Origin: a virus
Strand: one strand, 5' to 3'
Length of the DNA stretch: 64,000 nt
IMG/VR virus record: IMGVR_UViG_3300016466_000841
Coordinates: 1 to 64,000 of that record
Under the pieces are notes generated by a model. It saw nothing but the letters and a program-made list of their open reading frames with translations. It had not been told where the DNA came from and made no database searches. How positions within the stretch are numbered: the first letter of the stretch is position 1; the number at the start of each line of letters is the position of its first letter. Of this stretch, positions 10,666 through 21,172 are shown piece by piece. Position numbers and translations under genes: made by a program.

Positions 10666-11854
10666 GATTTCCTTGTTTAGATGTCATCCTTTTGACTTGC
10701 TGTGGATTTTTATTATTGTACACACCTACAGAAACATAAACAACCTTTTCAGCACATTGCGCCATCATTTGCCGATCACCTCCCACTATCATTCCCGATG
10801 TGCTTATCATTAGAGGAATCCTAGCAAGATGTCTGTGCGTGAGAGGACGTATTGTGTGTATCAATCGAGCACGAGCATTGATGTATTTCTTGTCTCTATC
10901 ACTTTTTATCTGGAATATTTCTGATTCGTCAAAACACTGTTTGGCGGCATTCAACCATCGCTGAGAAAGATCTGATTCGTAGATCACCAATGGAAATCGA
11001 CCGGTCAATGTAGCATACCGTTTGATCATTTCTAGAGATTCTGCAAAGTCGTGATTTTCACAGATGATTGATCGTTCCGATAAAAGATCTTTGACATCAA
11101 CTCCATATTGCGATTCGAGGTACCGTTGCAGATTTTGATCTATGCTATAGCCCAAAGTGGATGATAAGTCGCATAATGCCGTTAAATTATCAAAACAGAT
11201 TTCTCCCACCATGGCGTTGATATATTCAAGCATCGTAGCTGGCGCATTATTTATTTTCAACTGTCCTTGTTCCAGTGTCAGTTCAATGGAAAAGCCTTGC
11301 TGTTCCACTTGATTTATTTCCCGCATCAGTGATCGTGCCTGCTCATTGATGTCAAAATTATTTTTTTCAGCCCAGGCGGTGGCCCAATTAAGGTTATACT
11401 CCGTCAATGCCAGGCACCATTTCTTGATATCTTTGTTCCAATGACAGTGTCCGTGGCTGTCTTTGGCGAACTCTCTCAGCTGATCAATCAATGATTGATC
11501 ATAGGGAAACGCCAGCAATATCTCGTTGCCATCAATCACAAGTTCTTTGGTTCGATCAATGACACGGAATGGTATTCTAAATTTAGGTTCAATGACAGGA
11601 GACACATCAATACCAAGAGCCTGTAATTGCCGGCGGTACTTGAGTACCAGTCTGGCGGCCAATGCACCTTGTGCGGCCGTGAGTGCCTGATTCTGACTGG
11701 CTGTTTCACTCATTGAATTCAGTACTGATACATCATATCTGGCAAGACTAATTATGGGATCAAACCAACCCAACCCTGCCGGTTTCAGTGACGCAGGATC
11801 TCGCAGTCCCGCGATCACTTCAAGATAATCTTCAACATGGTCATATTTGTACAT
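10655..11854 (-). CDS. Hypothetical phage protein
   Basis: About 399-aa ORF; likely start MYKYDH after a TTGACT...TACACT promoter-like sequence. Confidence 0.65.
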   Translation of the reverse strand: MYKYDHVEDYLEVIAGLRDPASLKPAGLGWFDPIISLARYDVSVLNSMSETASQNQALTAAQGALAARLVLKYRRQLQALGIDVSPVIEPKFRIPFRVIDRTKELVIDGNEILLAFPYDQSLIDQLREFAKDSHGHCHWNKDIKKWCLALTEYNLNWATAWAEKNNFDINEQARSLMREINQVEQQGFSIELTLEQGQLKINNAPATMLEYINAMVGEICFDNLTALCDLSSTLGYSIDQNLQRYLESQYGVDVKDLLSERSIICENHDFAESLEMIKRYATLTGRFPLVIYESDLSQRWLNAAKQCFDESEIFQIKSDRDKKYINARARLIHTIRPLTHRHLARIPLMISTSGMIVGGDRQMMAQCAEKVVYVSVGVYNNKNPQQVKRMTSKQGNHAG

Positions 11855-11891
11855 GCTGTAAGTGTACGCTAACCGCGAGCAAAAAGTCAAT

Positions 11892-11922
11892 AAAAAAACC
11901 CCGGACTGTTACCAATCCGGGG
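11892..11922 (-). terminator. Intrinsic terminator after the AAA ATPase
   Basis: CCCCGGA-loop-TCCGGGG followed by a T run on the minus strand. Confidence 0.7.
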
Positions 11923-11977
11923 CAAAAACAGGTCTGTGGCTAGGAGCTAGACAAGGGTGCCACGACCCGTGGTCGGC

Positions 11978-13027
11978 TTACGCCGATTTCATGCAAGTCA
12001 CTGTTGCCATCGCTTTCCATTTCAATGGAAAGGATTTACGCAAATCAGCGATTTTGATAGCCATACGCAAACTCATTTCGCGCATCTTGTTTTTGTTTTC
12101 TTCCAAAAATGCAATAATCTCGTCTTGCACCGCTGGTTCAAAATCATACTCTTCAAACAATTGACCGTCACCAGCGATCTGTTTGATACGGAGCACTTTG
12201 TCACGCATGGTGTCCAGAGTCAGGTCCAGATAGTGACAACGGCTTTGGAGTGCGTCCAAGTGATCGCGGAGCTTCTGCGATTTCATCTGATCAAACTTCA
12301 AGTTGGTGATAAAGATCACTGAGCCTTTGAACTCGAAACTGTCAGGCACGCCTTCACGACGTAGCATGTGGCTATCACTGAGCCAGGAAATCTTGCGCTT
12401 CTTGCCGGAGTCCAAGGCACCCTTGAGCAGGTTCAATGAAGTGTCGTCAAGTAGCACAGAGTCACAGTCGTCAAACACCAGGACGCAATTGGGGTCGGAA
12501 TACTTGTACAGGGTGCAGTACAGGCCCAGGGCAGAAGTGCTGCCTTTGACCACTTCGGCACGGAGACGCTTGCCAGCCACCTGATCAAACAGGCAAGCCT
12601 TTTCCACGATACGCTCGACACCAAACGATTTACCGACTCCGGGAGGGCCCGACACGATCATGGCACGGATCTCGCCGTTGGTGGCGGCAGTGGCCATTTC
12701 GTCCAGGATCTCAAAACGCTCGCGGATACGAGCCATGATTTCTTCGTCGGTTTCGGCGCTCTTGGCTTCGCCTTTGACATCGGCTACGAGCTCATGCCCG
12801 GCGTTGACAAATTCAGACTCCGACACAAATTCATATGATGTCATGCCATCGACTTTCACGCGGATTTCTTCGGGGAAGCCAGGAAACTGGCCGCTGTTTT
12901 TTACAGTCACATACCCGCCTTTGGCAGTCATCTTGAACTGCTCAACGAGCTGGAACACTTGGCCCGACACGTCATGAGTACGATAAGCGCCGGACTTGAT
13001 ACGAACGAAAGAATTTTGCTTGGACAT
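11978..13027 (-). CDS. AAA+ ATPase (early gene)
   Basis: Walker A GPPGVGKS, Walker B VLVFDDCD, sensor FITN, SRC. Confidence 0.85.
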   Translation of the reverse strand: MSKQNSFVRIKSGAYRTHDVSGQVFQLVEQFKMTAKGGYVTVKNSGQFPGFPEEIRVKVDGMTSYEFVSESEFVNAGHELVADVKGEAKSAETDEEIMARIRERFEILDEMATAATNGEIRAMIVSGPPGVGKSFGVERIVEKACLFDQVAGKRLRAEVVKGSTSALGLYCTLYKYSDPNCVLVFDDCDSVLLDDTSLNLLKGALDSGKKRKISWLSDSHMLRREGVPDSFEFKGSVIFITNLKFDQMKSQKLRDHLDALQSRCHYLDLTLDTMRDKVLRIKQIAGDGQLFEEYDFEPAVQDEIIAFLEENKNKMREMSLRMAIKIADLRKSFPLKWKAMATVTCMKSA

Positions 13028-13059
13028 GGTCTAGTTCCTTTTTTAGTTTCTATACAAAT

Positions 13060-13090
13060 ATTGTAACAAAATGGGAATTAATGGTCAACC
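13060..13090 (-). promoter_or_regulatory. Early sigma70-type promoter
   Basis: GGTTGACC-17nt-TACAAT; member of a repeated family. Confidence 0.75.
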
Positions 13091-13165
13091 ACCCCAAAAT
13101 CCCGATTTTGTGGTGTTGCACAAAAACAACACCCTAAAACCCTTTGTTTTTATTATATGTATATT

Positions 13166-13606
13166 TTACGAAATCGGGAAATATTGGTCAACCTCCTTGA
13201 CTTGTACATAAGCTTCCATCAATTGCTTCTGCGGGACGTGGTGCTGAGTGTATCCTTTAGTGACCATGAAATAGTAAGAGGCCGACGGTAAAGCGGGTAC
13301 TTGATTTCCGGAATTCATTTGATAAGTGATGGCCCGCACAATTTGGCCTCGATGCTCAACATCTACCTCAAATCGAGTGTAGTAATAGGGATACCCTTCC
13401 AAGATATCCAGGGCCGCCAAACAATCATCAGTGATCTCCCACAACACCCCGTCAGTGACGGCGGTGTCATCGTTGATGATATCGGCATGGCGATTAAAGG
13501 CAAACCGGTAGCCAGGAAGGCGGGCTCGACCGAGCGTACGAGCATCAGGGCATCGATGTGCCATTTCTCCTAGATTGGTGTTCATTCCATATGCGAAATA
13601 TTTCAT
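13166..13606 (-). CDS. Gamma-glutamylcyclotransferase-like protein
   Basis: MKYFAYGMNTN...LDILEGYPYYY motifs. Confidence 0.85.
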   Translation of the reverse strand: MKYFAYGMNTNLGEMAHRCPDARTLGRARLPGYRFAFNRHADIINDDTAVTDGVLWEITDDCLAALDILEGYPYYYTRFEVDVEHRGQIVRAITYQMNSGNQVPALPSASYYFMVTKGYTQHHVPQKQLMEAYVQVKEVDQYFPIS

Positions 13607-14241
13607 TTTCCTTGAGTCACCTTGTGTGGTTCTAATCCTGTTTCTTCTACGCCGTCCTCGTACCAACGAGTAACCTCGTCGAGATTCTCGTCTTCCCACT
13701 CGGCCATATTTTCCGAAATACAGTAATAATCATCGAGCTCGTCGCCAATAAGGTCTCGGACGGTCTTTGAATCAGATCCAGAATATTCGTGGCACTCGTC
13801 GTCGCCGTTGTCCCAGCGTCCCACAAAGGCCATGCCGGATTCGTGATAATAGGCAAGGACTTCAAAATCCAATGACAAGAGTTTTTCATAGGCAGCAACA
13901 GGTGGTGCCCAGGCCGATTCAAATCCAATATGCAATTCATGAGCATCAATTCTCTCACAGTGAGCATTATCACCGCCTACGTCCCATTTGGTTCCCCACT
14001 CATTGACACAGAAATCATACCAGTTACCGTAACCGTGTCGATCGAGATTTTCGGCTGTTTGCCGTTCTAGCTCTTTTTGTTCTTCACCGTTGCCCAGCAC
14101 CCCGGCTGTGATTTTGAGATCCTTGGGTATAGGAACAAACTCATTGAGAAGTTCGCCGCGGCGGAATGCTGATTCGGCACGATCAATCATGGTAGGATCG
14201 GTGTGCCTTAGAGTCACGGTATTGTCGCACCAATTAGGCAT
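13603..14241 (-). CDS. DUF1281-like ferredoxin-fold phage protein
   Basis: MPNWCDN, WYDFCVNEWGTKWD, FESAWAPP motifs. Confidence 0.75.
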   Translation of the reverse strand: MPNWCDNTVTLRHTDPTMIDRAESAFRRGELLNEFVPIPKDLKITAGVLGNGEEQKELERQTAENLDRHGYGNWYDFCVNEWGTKWDVGGDNAHCERIDAHELHIGFESAWAPPVAAYEKLLSLDFEVLAYYHESGMAFVGRWDNGDDECHEYSGSDSKTVRDLIGDELDDYYCISENMAEWEDENLDEVTRWYEDGVEETGLEPHKVTQGK

Positions 14242-14274
14242 GCTATCTCCAAATATCTAAAAATGTTAAAAAAA

Positions 14275-14512
14275 CTGCTCTGACGGCTTCCGGCTGATCC
14301 GCCCACTGCGTCCTGGTTATGAGATCCCGCACCCCATCAGGGCATCACCCACTCAGCAGGAACATCTAAGGCAGTGAAGCGCACGCTCCTCGCAAGGCCC
14401 GTTGTCGCATTGCCAGCGCCAGTTTGGTTGGACTGGAACCACCCGTGGCTGTCACACCACTTCTCATCGTCTGGGTCGGACTATCCGGTGACGCCGGAAC
14501 GTTCTGCGGCAA
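14275..14512 (-). ncRNA. Candidate structured ncRNA(s)
   Basis: GC-rich intergenic stretch with no credible ORF and several hairpins; flanked by AT-rich sequence. Confidence 0.5.
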
Positions 14513-14614
14513 GAGACAATGAAATTTACTGCAATCTCTCCCAAATAAAATTGGCCGTTCCTAAAACAAAACACATCAAGGCTATCCAAAACAACAGTTC
14601 TTCGACAAAGAGTC

Positions 14615-14767
14615 TCATTGTGGAACCTCCTGTTCCTGAAGGCGCAGATACTCGGCGTTGAGTTCAGCGATGCGCCGTTCGTTGCGGGCGTTAGTTTCGA
14701 GATCCAGTTCGCCGCGCACTTCCGACAGCAGGATCAGTTCTTCTATCACATCATTCATGGTTCTCAT
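14615..14767 (-). CDS. Small hypothetical protein
   Basis: MRTMNDVIEEL..., AAGGA SD upstream. Confidence 0.5.
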   Translation of the reverse strand: MRTMNDVIEELILLSEVRGELDLETNARNERRIAELNAEYLRLQEQEVPQ

Positions 14768-14784
14768 TGCAGGTCCTTTCAGGA

Positions 14785-14997
14785 TCAAGATTTGGTGATA
14801 CGGACATTGGGCACCAGGAACACTAAGAGGATGGCCATGGCCAACCAGGTGTACCAATTCAACACTATGTCAAGCATCGGGAACAGGGTGTTCAGGCTCC
14901 AGATCACCAGCACTGGTGTTATGGCTATGGCAAATATGGCCAATGATACGATCAGCAACACTATCACCCACTCGTCGGATTTGCGTAGGAATTTCAT
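14785..14997 (-). CDS. Small membrane protein
   Basis: Two hydrophobic segments; AGGAG SD. Confidence 0.6.
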   Translation of the reverse strand: MKFLRKSDEWVIVLLIVSLAIFAIAITPVLVIWSLNTLFPMLDIVLNWYTWLAMAILLVFLVPNVRITKS

Positions 14998-15221
14998 GCT
15001 GTCTCCTCTACATTCACTATGTCTTGCGTGACCTGTTCTTGTTGGAAGGCCGCTTCATTGAACAGGTTCGAAGTTTCGACCAAGGCCTCTTGTTCGCTTT
15101 CGGCTCGGACCTCGAAATAATACACAACAGTCCTGGCCACGGTGTAGATGCTCATTGACGGCTCCAATCTGAGTGTGGTGGGAGATCGTACTCTTCGTCG
15201 GCCGGTGCCGGATTCTTGATG

Positions 15222-15623
15222 TTAGATTGATCCATGGATTTTCAGTCCTCTAAAAATCTTGTTCCAGGCTTCGTCCATGCACATCTTGGCTCGCACCAAG
15301 TCATCCTGGGCCAGCATCTCCTGTGCATCACTGAGATAGGAGTAGGCTTCGCCTTCGGGGTCACCAAAGAAGCCACGCTCTTCGCCGGTGTAGAATCGCT
15401 GGATGGTGACTTTCACGCGATTCAGGGTCTGGCGGGCATCTTCTAGCTCGCCACGATTGGCTTCGCCCCAGGCCGACATGATCATGTCTGTCACGATCCG
15501 CTTGGGGCTCTTGAATCGGAGATAACTGTCTACCGCCGCATCTACATCTTCGCGTAGAGCGCCAAACATGCGGACCTGGGCTCGCTGGCGCGAATCCATC
15601 TCGTCATATGTCATTGTGGTCAT
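15222..15623 (-). CDS. Hypothetical early protein with internal repeat
   Basis: AGGAG SD, start MTTMTYDE, directly after an early promoter. Confidence 0.6.
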   Translation of the reverse strand: MTTMTYDEMDSRQRAQVRMFGALREDVDAAVDSYLRFKSPKRIVTDMIMSAWGEANRGELEDARQTLNRVKVTIQRFYTGEERGFFGDPEGEAYSYLSDAQEMLAQDDLVRAKMCMDEAWNKIFRGLKIHGSI

Positions 15624-15653
15624 TTCTGCTCCTAATTTCTTACTGTATGTGTT

Positions 15654-15716
15654 ATTATACTCGAAATTGGAATTTCTGGTCAACCGCGCACAATCGCTAG
15701 GTTAGCAAGCACTAAC
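15654..15716 (-). promoter_or_regulatory. Early promoter with upstream palindrome
   Basis: GGTTGACC-18nt-TATAAT, preceded by GTTAGTGCTTGCTAAC. Confidence 0.75.
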
Positions 15717-15772
15717 CTAGGTCCACCATTCTCACTTGGGCATCATATTTGTGACAAAACTCTTGTGTTTCT

Positions 15773-16696
15773 TTATCCATTATCACACCCCGAATACTTC
15801 AACTCAAACAAGAGATATTTTTGTTCGTCTACTACGGTATAGTAGGGGCTGGGGCCATCCTGTCCCATGGACACATCCAGGCCCCACTGTTCTCTCATCC
15901 ACCGTTCGAACGCCCGCAGTTCATCACTGAAGTCCTTGATGCCGTTGACCCGACAAGGTGGGCGGCTGCTACGGAAGTCTGCGTTGGCCTGGGCCATCTG
16001 ACGCCAGTATCGGTATTTTTTCTTTTTGAGTTCTGGGGGATACTGCTCCACCACATGTTCGAAAAAGGTGCTCATGACCACCTCAGGGCGAACATCACGG
16101 CCGCGTACTCATCAGCGAAATGATATCGATAAGCACCAAATCGTTCACGGCCTGCCCAGAAGCAACACCATGTACCATGCAGATTGTCCATGGCCGCCCA
16201 CCTTGCACCAAAATGCTCACGGCACCAGGCTTCGGCATCATGATGCCGAGACTTGTGTATGATCACTTCATGGGGGAACCGATGGTGTCTCATGACCACC
16301 TCAGGGCGAATGACATAGCATCTCGTTCGCGGGCGAACCAGATCACTCGCCAGATGTGTCGATCAATGTCCACCCCGGCGGCATCATAGTCCATGTCGTG
16401 GACATGCTGTTGCAGCCACACACGCAGATCCTGCCATTGGCTCGATCCTTGCCATCGCACACGCACCGGGATGTTGCACCAATCTCGCTTGCTCATGACC
16501 ACCTCAACAAAAACAGACTCAATGTGACATCATCCATGTCCACGGTCATGCCTTGCCGCACAGCCGCATGCTCGCGGCACCACTGATCCAGGGCCTGTTC
16601 ATGTTCGGCCCAAAATCCAATATCTCGCAGGATCAGGGTGCGACCATAGCCGCCACGGAAGTGGCCCACGATGAATCTACCGGGTGCGTTGGTCAT
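15773..16696 (-). CDS. Tandem array of four small paralogous ORFs ending FxL(R/K)(W/Y)S
   Basis: ORFs 16493-16696, 16290-16502, 16072-16299 and 15773-16081, joined by the repeated junction TGAGGTGGTCATGAG. Confidence 0.7.
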
Positions 16697-17371
16697 CCAC
16701 GCATCAAGGTCTGCACGATGCGCTGGGCCTCCATCTTTTTGATCTGATCTTCCAGATATCGTATCTCACGCTCGCGATGAGCACGCGGCACTTCCATGAG
16801 CAGGCGTTTGACCATGCTGGACCACCAGCCCGCTTCGTAGGCATAGTTGGTGTTGCCGTTGATCTGGCAGGCTCGGCTGAAGGCGTCCACGGTGTCTGAT
16901 ACGGTGTCTTTTTCCCGGTGCCAGCGATCCCAGTCGTGTACTTTCATTCTGTGATCCTTACAGGTTTGCAGTCCAGTTTCACCAAGGATTGATTGGCTGT
17001 TTTAAGCAGGCGCAAGAGGTCAGTCTGGCACTCACCGGCGGTGGCATAATAGCCCACGGTTTGGGAACCAGCGGGTCCACCCACTTCTGGGGTGCTCACA
17101 GCAGTGGCCACCAGCGCAAATATCACAACAGGTCCTGTCATTCTAGCAAGGTCCTTTCTTGTATGGCCCAGTAATTCTCGACGGCCCGGCGTGCATGGTC
17201 GTGCCCGATGAACTGGCCCAGATAGTGCTCATCTGAATGACCTCGTATGATCTTAGCCAACCAGATCTTGGTGTGTGCCATCTTGTGTATCTGGGCCACG
17301 ATGAGGCCATCTTCTTGATTGTAGAAATAATAGGTATCATGATCCGCATCCATCCACAGTCGTGGCGTCAT
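16693..17371 (-). CDS. Three small hypothetical early proteins (16693-16947, 16944-17141, 17138-17371)
   Basis: Chain of ORFs with overlapping ATGA start/stops. Confidence 0.6.
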
Positions 17372-17547
17372 TCTAGAGTGTCCTCGACATAGCCGTTTAC
17401 CCGGGCAAATTCAGACACTTCCTGTTCGCTCATCCATGTGAGAGCATCACGGGCTATGGTCTCCCAAGAGAGCACCCCTTGTTCGGCCAGATCTAGCACT
17501 TCTGTGGTCACAGGGCGACTTTGTTTATGGCTGAAGGCTATCATGAT

Positions 17548-17772
17548 CTAGCCCCAGTCTTTCTTGTCACCAAACCGCTCATTGTCTTCGTAGCCGGCCA
17601 TGTAGGCTTCCCACTCTGGAGAGCCGGGTTGGACCTCGACTTCCTCGCTCTGGTAAGTGTCGCCGACGAAGTAGTGCGGGCGAGCGGCACGATGGTAGTA
17701 AGAATCGGCCGATCCACGGTCGTAGGCTCCACCATGCCGGGTGTCGTATTCAGTTTCCTGGGCTACAGTCAT
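17548..17772 (-). CDS. Small hypothetical phage protein
   Basis: RHGGAYDRGSADSYYHR...YMAGY...DKKDWG; AGGAG SD; promoter TAGACC-17-TACAAT upstream. Confidence 0.7.
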   Translation of the reverse strand: MTVAQETEYDTRHGGAYDRGSADSYYHRAARPHYFVGDTYQSEEVEVQPGSPEWEAYMAGYEDNERFGDKKDWG

Positions 17773-17798
17773 TTTGGGCTCCTTGTATCATTGTTCCA

Positions 17799-18674
17799 CT
17801 ATTGTAGCAGGTCGGGATTTTCTGGTCTATCAACTTCGAACAAAATCAGCTGATCCTTTTTAAATGGCGTGATCCATTCCGTTATAACCGAGATCCGTCG
17901 TATCCGGTGCCCTTCTATGAGACCGCCCACGGCCAGGAACGGGCCGCCGCTGGGATCCACGAAACCCAGATCAGTCATGTCCACGTCCGACACACCTTCA
18001 TGTCCACCGAACCGCCAATACCGGAGATCACCCCGGATGGTGTACACGCCGGCACTGATCTCTTCGAACCGATATTCCACACCGTGGCGGTTTTTCATCG
18101 CTCGATCCACCACGATATGATCGTGGGACCAAAGATCGCTAGAACAGCACCGACATACATGATCAGTTCTTGTGAGATATACATCGTTCCACTCCAAAAT
18201 GTTCAAAGATATTTAATGCTTCGTTGAGGGCGACTTGACGAGCACACTCCTCAACGATCAACTCTGCAAATACTTCGAGTGATACATTTGGATCACCACA
18301 CCATCCTTCTCCCCCTCCCCATCTAGTCTTTTTCCATCCGGCGGTTTCAGCGAGTTCTCGGATTCTCTCGTTCATGCTGTCTACAATTCTATCACGTGAG
18401 TGGGATACCGGATCTCACCGTCGAACAGAAGTTGATCCCGCTCGAAATCGGTCTGAAAATCGTCCTCAACCAACTCCCAGTCCAGGATGTATTCTTCGTT
18501 CATAGGACCGGCATACTCGATCCGATCACGCACCTTTTCGACTAGAACACCGGGTGCGGTCTTGAGTGGGTCTACGCCAAGGATGTAGTATTCGTCGCCG
18601 CCCTTGAACTTCCAGTAAGGATCGGACTCGGTGCCGTAGTTTTCGCGGTATTGTGTGGTGATCAAGATCTTCAT
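17799..18674 (-). CDS. Three small hypothetical early proteins (17799-18206, 18163-18375, 18381-18674)
   Basis: Includes MNERIRELA...FAELIVEEC...EHFGVE and MKILITTQYRENYG...YWKFKGG types. Confidence 0.6.
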
Positions 18675-18703
18675 GTCTGCTCCTGTTCTTTCACTGTACC
18701 CTT

Positions 18704-18735
18704 ATTATAGCCGAAACGGGGTTTTTTGGTCAACC
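18704..18735 (-). promoter_or_regulatory. Early promoter
   Basis: GGTTGACC-18nt-TATAAT. Confidence 0.75.
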
Positions 18736-18754
18736 AGCCGAGTCCGTCACGATG

Positions 18755-19450
18755 TCATGCCCTCACGTCGATTCGTTGTCCGAGGTCTAGGTTCAGTTCA
18801 CGGGCCCGTTGGATCCGATCTGCGTGTTCTGAAGCCAGGGCCTGCCTGGTCGCATCTAACCTCTGATCGCGATATCGATCCTGCAAGAGATCCAGATGGG
18901 CTACATGGAGTTCTCGGTACCGTTGACTGTAATCTGAAGAAACTGGGTCCGTCATGATATCACGCTCTCAATCTGTCAAATATCTGTCGCTGGAGTCGAT
19001 CCACTTCCTCGTTGTCTACATAGAAATCCGTGCGTGGATCCCAGTACCGACCCTCCCGGGCATCATAGTACAGCACCGCGCCCGAGGGGTAGTGGAACGG
19101 TCCCTCCAGGCCCTCACGCGGACCGTATCGGGTGTCCCGCTGGAATACTGTATAGGCCATGCTCAGGAACTCCAAAAAGTTTCGCTTCGGGGCGAGGCGT
19201 AGTAGGGTGTGTCGTAGCGTTCTTGAAACGCCTCACCAGTCAAGACATTGTGTCGGGTGACCCAGGTTTCAAAAAACTCTAGGCGGAACTTGTCTTGGGG
19301 ATACAGTCTGGATCGCAAATCCTTGATCTCATCCATCATCGCGTTACCTGAATAATTGGGGTAGTCATACTTGCCTACCAACTTCTCGCCGGATTTGGTA
19401 CGAGCGTCTTTTTTGTAGACTTCCAGGGTGTAACCATATTTGGACATCAT
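18755..19450 (-). CDS. Three small hypothetical early proteins (18755-18955, 18960-19175, 19163-19450)
   Basis: GLEGPF...LYYDAREGRYWDP and DTPYYASPRSETFWS type small phage proteins. Confidence 0.6.
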
Positions 19451-19479
19451 CTCGCTCCACTTGTTTACTGTATGTCTAC

Positions 19480-19543
19480 ATTGTAGCGAAATGGGAATTT
19501 TAGGTCAACCGCTTAACAAACCGCCGAGTTAGCAAGCACTGAC
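19480..19543 (-). promoter_or_regulatory. Early promoter with upstream palindrome
   Basis: GGTTGACC-17nt-TACAAT, preceded by GTCAGTGCTTGCTAAC. Confidence 0.75.
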
Positions 19544-19921
19544 TTATCTTTGGAACATCCATATAGATTTTTGTATCTGTGCTTCTTTGTCTCGTCGCCG
19601 CTGTTCGACTTGTTGGCGATAGCGGAATTCCCTGCGCAGCCACCACCGGAATTTCCGAAAATATTCTCGTTCATTGAGACGCGGCTCGCCAGACCAATCC
19701 CGTTCGTCACAGTTGTCTAACCAAAGCTGATGCACCCAAGCACGGAATGGTAACCAGGGCTTGGGCATGATTTACTCTTGACCTCTGGGATCTAGATACT
19801 GCTTGAGTGCTCGCATGGCTTTGCGAGCTGTGTCGAACACGAATTCCTGATCTTCGTCTTCGGTATGTATTACCAAGATGAAGCCATTGGCGGCTCGTCG
19901 GATTTCGATACTTTCAAACAT
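19544..19921 (-). CDS. Two small hypothetical proteins (19544-19768; 19772-19921)
   Basis: The second, MFESIEIRRAANGFILVI... (49 aa), has a GAGGT SD and is below the ORF-track cutoff. Confidence 0.55.
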
Positions 19922-19990
19922 CTTTGATTACCTCACATTGATTGAAGATACTCGTATATTAACAAATAAAAACTTTATTGTCAACCGCTG

Positions 19991-21172
19991 TTATTCTAAA
20001 AAATATGGGGGTGAGATCATGCCTTTGAGCCCTTCCTCGATGTTGCTGGTGTTGCGATGCCAGTAAGGATCAAGACTGGCAAGATGCTGTGTGAGCCGCT
20101 GGAAAGGTTGATCAAAAATTATGTCCTTTCTCCAATATTCGTCTCGCAGGCTACGGAGCACGCTCATGGGCTTGCCTAGGCTGAAAGTATAGGGATTGAA
20201 CCCAGGATAGATCAACCAGTTGAGTATTTCTCGATAGCTGAGTCCATCGGATGTGCCGGGACGAGTAAAGTCCTGCTCGATCATGGGAATACGTATTTTT
20301 TTTGAATCGTCCCGTATATCGCGATTTACGTCTATCAGCTCTTTGTTCTTTTTCAAAAATCGCATGAGCACATGTCCTTGCTTGCATATCATATCGCAGG
20401 CATCCGGACTCCAGTAAAACAGTTCGTCGTATTCCCAGGGTCGATCCATGATCTGTGTGCGTATACTAGGGCCATTGTCGATCATGTCAATGAATCTCAG
20501 GCAATATCTTCCATCCTCGATGTACACTCTGGGCTTCTCGATACCGTAAACGAATGCATGTTTCAGTCCTTTGTTGATTAACTCAAGGTAGTCGGGATCT
20601 GTCTCCCGGATATATCCTACTGCCAAGTGAGTGATGCCATAGTTAGAATTGGTCCAATAGGCAAGGTTGTTTTCCAATTTCGGGTCTAATAGTATCTTAT
20701 AAACGATTTCACTGAGATCTATTATTTTGTGTTTGAATTTTATTCCGCGGGCATGTAGTTCTTTGATCTTAGGGTAACTTACCTGATATTGCTCGGCATG
20801 AAAAAAATTATTTTTTCTAGGATCAATCGAATGGAAATTGTAGGTCACTATTTCGTCAATTGGTATCCCGTTGTTGACAAACGTATCAACTATGTTGCCC
20901 GAGTCCGCGCCACCACTATAAAAAATCGACACATAGTCGTATTTTTTTCTTATTTCTCGGGCACGATGGGCATAGAGCTCTTCCAAGGTCTCTATGGGTT
21001 CCACTCGCCAATCGTAGGACCCAAACACTGTGTCGTTGAAATTCCAGTGTGGATGTATACCTGTGCGGGCATGTGCTTCAATGGCTTCGACTTTGCTGTA
21101 GGTCTTGAAATCGCCCACAGTATAGTACCCAAGGTGGTCTCGCGAATTGTCCAAGATGTGATTCTCTAACAT
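19991..21172 (-). CDS. PP-loop (adenine nucleotide alpha hydrolase-like) protein, paralogue 1
   Basis: IFYSGGADS PP-loop. Confidence 0.75.
   Translation of the reverse strand: MLENHILDNSRDHLGYYTVGDFKTYSKVEAIEAHARTGIHPHWNFNDTVFGSYDWRVEPIETLEELYAHRAREIRKKYDYVSIFYSGGADSGNIVDTFVNNGIPIDEIVTYNFHSIDPRKNNFFHAEQYQVSYPKIKELHARGIKFKHKIIDLSEIVYKILLDPKLENNLAYWTNSNYGITHLAVGYIRETDPDYLELINKGLKHAFVYGIEKPRVYIEDGRYCLRFIDMIDNGPSIRTQIMDRPWEYDELFYWSPDACDMICKQGHVLMRFLKKNKELIDVNRDIRDDSKKIRIPMIEQDFTRPGTSDGLSYREILNWLIYPGFNPYTFSLGKPMSVLRSLRDEYWRKDIIFDQPFQRLTQHLASLDPYWHRNTSNIEEGLKGMISPPYFLE

Noticed and set aside
14440-14500. GGATAGTCC and GATGAG resembling group I intron P7 or a hammerhead core
   Set aside because: The complementary core elements (matching P7 partner strand; CUGAUGA with GAAA) could not be found.
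15773-16510. Regularly spaced short repeats resembling a CRISPR array
   Set aside because: Repeats are 15-22 nt, about 200 nt apart, and are coding junctions; no cas genes are present.
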